The notes beneath the pieces are model-generated. The model saw only the letters and a list, made by a program, of their open reading frames with translations. It searched no databases and was not told the DNA's origin. A DNA stretch of 40,505 bases from Candidatus Latescibacterota bacterium. Lineage in GTDB: Bacteria; Latescibacterota; UBA2968; UBA8231. The stretch is taken from contig CBDCNM010000001.1 of the NCBI GenBank assembly GCA_965219385.1, positions 1,290,631 through 1,331,135 on the forward strand. The letters run 5' to 3'. The position numbers and the translations under genes are program-made. This document shows, in pieces, positions 36,953 to 40,505 of this stretch (positions within the stretch are counted from its first letter, which is position 1; every line of letters begins with the position of its first letter).

Positions 36953-38399
36953 CTCGATTTTATCCAAACGCGCATGGCAGGAGGCCGGTATCCTCCGTAC
37001 TGTTGATGGTATCCAAGCATCGACAGCCCAGGAGAAACCGATGAGCCCCCTGCCGAAAGATATAATAACGATTTTGTCGCCCTTTGCCCCCCTTTTTTCG
37101 AGCCGCGTTTGGCCGCAGGCTCAGACGCTGTTGGTCGGGGCGCTGTTAGCCCCGGGTAAACGCACGGTCAGCGCCGTGTTGGAGGTGTTGGGCTTGAGCC
37201 AACAGCCTACCTTTCAAACCTACCACCGGATCCTCAACCGCTGTGTGTGGTCGCCCCTGGCCGGCAGTAAGCTACTCCTCCAGGCGTTGGTGGCCGCCTT
37301 TGCCCCCCACGGGCCCCTGGTCCTGGGCCTGGATGAGACCATCGAGCGGCGCCGGGGCGCCCAGATTGGGGCCCGAGGCATCTACCGGGATCCCGTCCGC
37401 TCGAGTGGGCCCCACCTGGTCAAGGCTAGCGGCTTGCGCTGGCTGTCGTTGATGCTGGTAGCGCCTATCCCTTGGGCGGATCGAAGTTGGGCCTTACCCT
37501 TTATGAGTGTGCTGTGTCCGTCGGCCCGCTACTATACTCAGCGCCAGCGCACCCCCCTCACCCTGTTGCAACGGGGGCAGACTATGCTCAAGCTGGTAGC
37601 GCGCTGGCTGCCCACCCGCCGGCTGGTCGTGGTCGCCGATAGCACCTTCTCCGCCTTGGCCTTTCTCGACGCGGTTCGGCCCCACGTGGGGCTGATTACC
37701 CGCTTGCGGTTGGATGCGGCCCTGTATGACCCACCACCAACCCGCACGCCGCACACGCGGGGACGCCCCCGCGGCAAAGGCGCCCGGCAGCCCACCCTCC
37801 AGCAGCACCTGAACGATCCGACTACCCCTTGGCACCCCCTCACCCTGGACCGGTGGTATGCCGCCGGCCCCTATACAGTGGAAACCTACAGCCAAACGGC
37901 GCTGTGGTATCACACTGGCTTGCCCGCCGTGCCCCTCCGCTGGCTGCTGATCCGAGACCCGGCCGGCCGCTTCGCGCCCCAAGCCTTGCTCTCGACCGAT
38001 GTGCGTCTGTCCCCTCGGCAAATGCTGACCTATTTTCTCCAACGCTGGTCGGTAGAAACTACCTTTGAGGAAGCCCGCGCCCATCTGGGCATGGAAACCC
38101 AACGCCAATGGAATGAGCGGGCCATTGCCCGGACCACGCCGGTCATCTTGGCCTTGTTTAGTCTGGTCGCCCTCATCGCCAATCGGCTGGCCCCCAAAAG
38201 CGCCTCCCCCTGCCATGCCACGGCCTGGTATGGCAAACGAAAACCCACCTTTTCCGATGCCGTGGCCTGGGTCCGACAACGGCTCTGGCAGGCTTTTTCC
38301 AACCTGCCCAACCAACACGACCTGATAAAAATCCCTCGAAGCCTACTCAACCGCTTGATACACACCGTCTCGTACGCTACATAAATGGATAAAGTCGAG
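36953..38399 (+). mobile_element. IS701-like element copy 2, 1447 bp
   Basis: Same TIRs as copy 1; flanks CTTAG (36948-36952) and CTAAG (38400-38404). Confidence 0.93.
37041..38384 (+). CDS. IS701-like transposase, 447 aa
   Basis: RBS AGGAG; DDE motifs as in copy 1. Confidence 0.92.
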   Translation: MSPLPKDIITILSPFAPLFSSRVWPQAQTLLVGALLAPGKRTVSAVLEVLGLSQQPTFQTYHRILNRCVWSPLAGSKLLLQALVAAFAPHGPLVLGLDETIERRRGAQIGARGIYRDPVRSSGPHLVKASGLRWLSLMLVAPIPWADRSWALPFMSVLCPSARYYTQRQRTPLTLLQRGQTMLKLVARWLPTRRLVVVADSTFSALAFLDAVRPHVGLITRLRLDAALYDPPPTRTPHTRGRPRGKGARQPTLQQHLNDPTTPWHPLTLDRWYAAGPYTVETYSQTALWYHTGLPAVPLRWLLIRDPAGRFAPQALLSTDVRLSPRQMLTYFLQRWSVETTFEEARAHLGMETQRQWNERAIARTTPVILALFSLVALIANRLAPKSASPCHATAWYGKRKPTFSDAVAWVRQRLWQAFSNLPNQHDLIKIPRSLLNRLIHTVSYAT

Positions 38400-38403
38400 C
38401 TAA

Positions 38404-39333
38404 GAAGCCGTCTGAAAACCCTCTGATGTAGCCGCATTTGAACGGGCGTACTCATCGAGCCATATTCAGGTTTCACCACAAACTCTGAACAGAAAGGCTT
38501 GTATGATGAGTACACCGCGTATGCAATATGCCACCGATCTAACCGATGCACAATGGCAGCGGATCGAACCGTTGCTGCCCGCGCCGCGCTGGCGGCTTCA
38601 CGGTCCGGGTCGGCCGCCGCGGGATCGACGCCAGCTTGTCAACGGCCTTTTGTATTTGAACAAGACGGGGTGTCCTTGGGCGTTGTTGCCTGCTTGTTTT
38701 GGGCCGTGGAAAACGGTGTATGATTACTTTCGTCGCTGGAGCCTGCAAGGGGTCTGGCCGCTGGTGTTGGATCGGCTGACCAAGAGGGAGCGCCGCCAGA
38801 GCGGCCGGGCTGCGATGCCGTCGGCTGGCGTAGTCGATAGTCAGACGATTAAGACCGCAACGCATGGTAAAACAACCGGTTATGACGCCGGCAAAAAGAT
38901 CAAAGGCCGCAAACGGCATCTGTTGGTGGACCCGTCGGGTTTGCTTCGACAGGTGGTGGTCACCGCCGCCGATGTCGAGGATCGAGAGGGTTTGAAGCAG
39001 GTGTTGACCCGCTTGAAGGCCGCCGGCGTGGCTCGGTTACGCAAGCTGTGGGTTGATGGCGGCTACCAAGGCGAGGCCATCCGAACGTGGGTGGCCAACC
39101 AAAAAAAGACGCACAAAATAGACTTGGAAGTCGTCGCCAAACAAGGCTCCGGATTTACCGTAGTTAAACGCCGGTGGGTCGTCGAGCGCACGTTTGCGTG
39201 GTTGATGAATTTTCGCCGACATGCCCGAGATTATGAGGTCTTGACCCGCCATAGTGAAGCCTTGATCCAGATTGCCATGATCCACTTGCTACTTAAACGA
39301 ATCAAATGAAAATTAGAGTTTTCAGACGGCTTC
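38404..39333 (+). mobile_element. IS5-family element isoform B copy 2, 930 bp
   Basis: TIR GAAGCCGTCTGAAAAC; TAA duplicated at 38401-38403 and 39334-39336. Confidence 0.95.
38503..39309 (+). CDS. IS5-family transposase
   Basis: Same protein as 33952-34758. Confidence 0.94.
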   Translation: MMSTPRMQYATDLTDAQWQRIEPLLPAPRWRLHGPGRPPRDRRQLVNGLLYLNKTGCPWALLPACFGPWKTVYDYFRRWSLQGVWPLVLDRLTKRERRQSGRAAMPSAGVVDSQTIKTATHGKTTGYDAGKKIKGRKRHLLVDPSGLLRQVVVTAADVEDREGLKQVLTRLKAAGVARLRKLWVDGGYQGEAIRTWVANQKKTHKIDLEVVAKQGSGFTVVKRRWVVERTFAWLMNFRRHARDYEVLTRHSEALIQIAMIHLLLKRIK

Positions 39334-39337
39334 TAAG

Positions 39338-40505
39338 CTCGATTTTATCCAAACGCGCATGGCAGGAGGCCGGTATCCTCCGTACTGTTGATGGTATCCA
39401 AGCATCGACAGCCCAGGAGAAACCGATGAGCCCCCTGCCGAAAGATATAATAACGATTTTGTCGCCCTTTGCCCCCCTTTTTTCGAGCCGCGTTTGGCCG
39501 CAGGCTCAGACGCTGTTGGTCGGGGCGCTGTTAGCCCCGGGTAAACGCACGGTCAGCGCCGTGTTGGAGGTGTTGGGCTTGAGCCAACAGCCTACCTTTC
39601 AAACCTACCACCGGATCCTCAACCGCTGTGTGTGGTCGCCCCTGGCCGGCAGTAAGCTACTCCTCCAGGCGTTGGTGGCCGCCTTTGCCCCCCACGGGCC
39701 CCTGGTCCTGGGCCTGGATGAGACCATCGAGCGGCGCCGGGGCGCCCAGATTGGGGCCCGAGGCATCTACCGGGATCCCGTCCGCTCGAGTGGGCCCCAC
39801 CTGGTCAAGGCTAGCGGCTTGCGCTGGCTGTCGTTGATGCTGGTAGCGCCTATCCCTTGGGCGGATCGAAGTTGGGCCTTACCCTTTATGAGTGTGCTGT
39901 GTCCGTCGGCCCGCTACTATACTCAGCGCCAGCGCACCCCCCTCACCCTGTTGCAACGGGGGGCAGACTATGCTCAAGCTGGTAGCGCGCTGGCTGCCCA
40001 CCCGCCGGCTGGTCGTGGTCGCCGATAGCACCTTCTCCGCCTTGGCCTTTCTCGACGCGGTTCGGCCCCACGTGGGGCTGATTACCCGCTTGCGGTTGGA
40101 TGCGGCCCTGTATGACCCACCACCAACCCGCACGCCGCACACGCGGGGACGCCCCCGCGGCAAAGGCGCCCGGCAGCCCACCCTCCAGCAGCACCTGAAC
40201 GATCCGACTACCCCTTGGCACCCCCTCACCCTGGACCGGTGGTATGCCGCCGGCCCCTATACAGTGGAAACCTACAGCCAAACGGCGCTGTGGTATCACA
40301 CTGGCTTGCCCGCCGTGCCCCTCCGCTGGCTGCTGATCCGAGACCCGGCCGGCCGCTTCGCGCCCCAAGCCTTGCTCTCGACCGATGTGCGTCTGTCCCC
40401 TCGGCAAATGCTGACCTATTTTCTCCAACGCTGGTCGGTAGAAACTACCTTTGAGGAAGCCCGCGCCCATCTGGGCATGGAAACCCAACGCCAATGGAAT
40501 GAGCG
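39338..40505 (+). mobile_element. IS701-like element copy 3 (runs off the window; transposase frameshifted)
   Basis: Left TIR follows CTAAG. G6 at 39958-39963 versus G5 in copies 1 and 2 gives an early stop at 40028. Confidence 0.9.

Noticed and set aside
39955..39966. Programmed frameshift in IS701-like copy 3
   Set aside because: The other two copies are intact with G5; a homopolymer indel explains it.

Overview
GC-rich diderm bacterial chromosome segment (LptE present; taxon not determinable from sequence alone). Bases 1-32.5 kb are mostly housekeeping and envelope genes: AddA-like nuclease C-terminus, FAD oxidoreductase, tRNA-Thr(TGT), a small sigma54 regulatory islet, aldolase, mug, short purA, frameshifted LysR, gnd, pgi, GT2, DsbD, aroA, RarA fusion, transporters, LptE, M23 and S41 peptidases. 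This part also carries a MITE, solo IS ends and gene remnants. The last 8 kb is an alternating array of two unrelated DDE insertion sequences (IS701-like, 1447 bp; IS5/IS1031-like, 930 bp). Their target sites nest in each other, and their transposase genes are joined by an ATGA overlap. The array encloses a 2.1-kb integrase-less cassette array: two atypical attC-like sites, a NucS-like nuclease cassette, an RNase H-like cassette and a third cassette cut by the IS. All family assignments are from motif recognition, not database searches.
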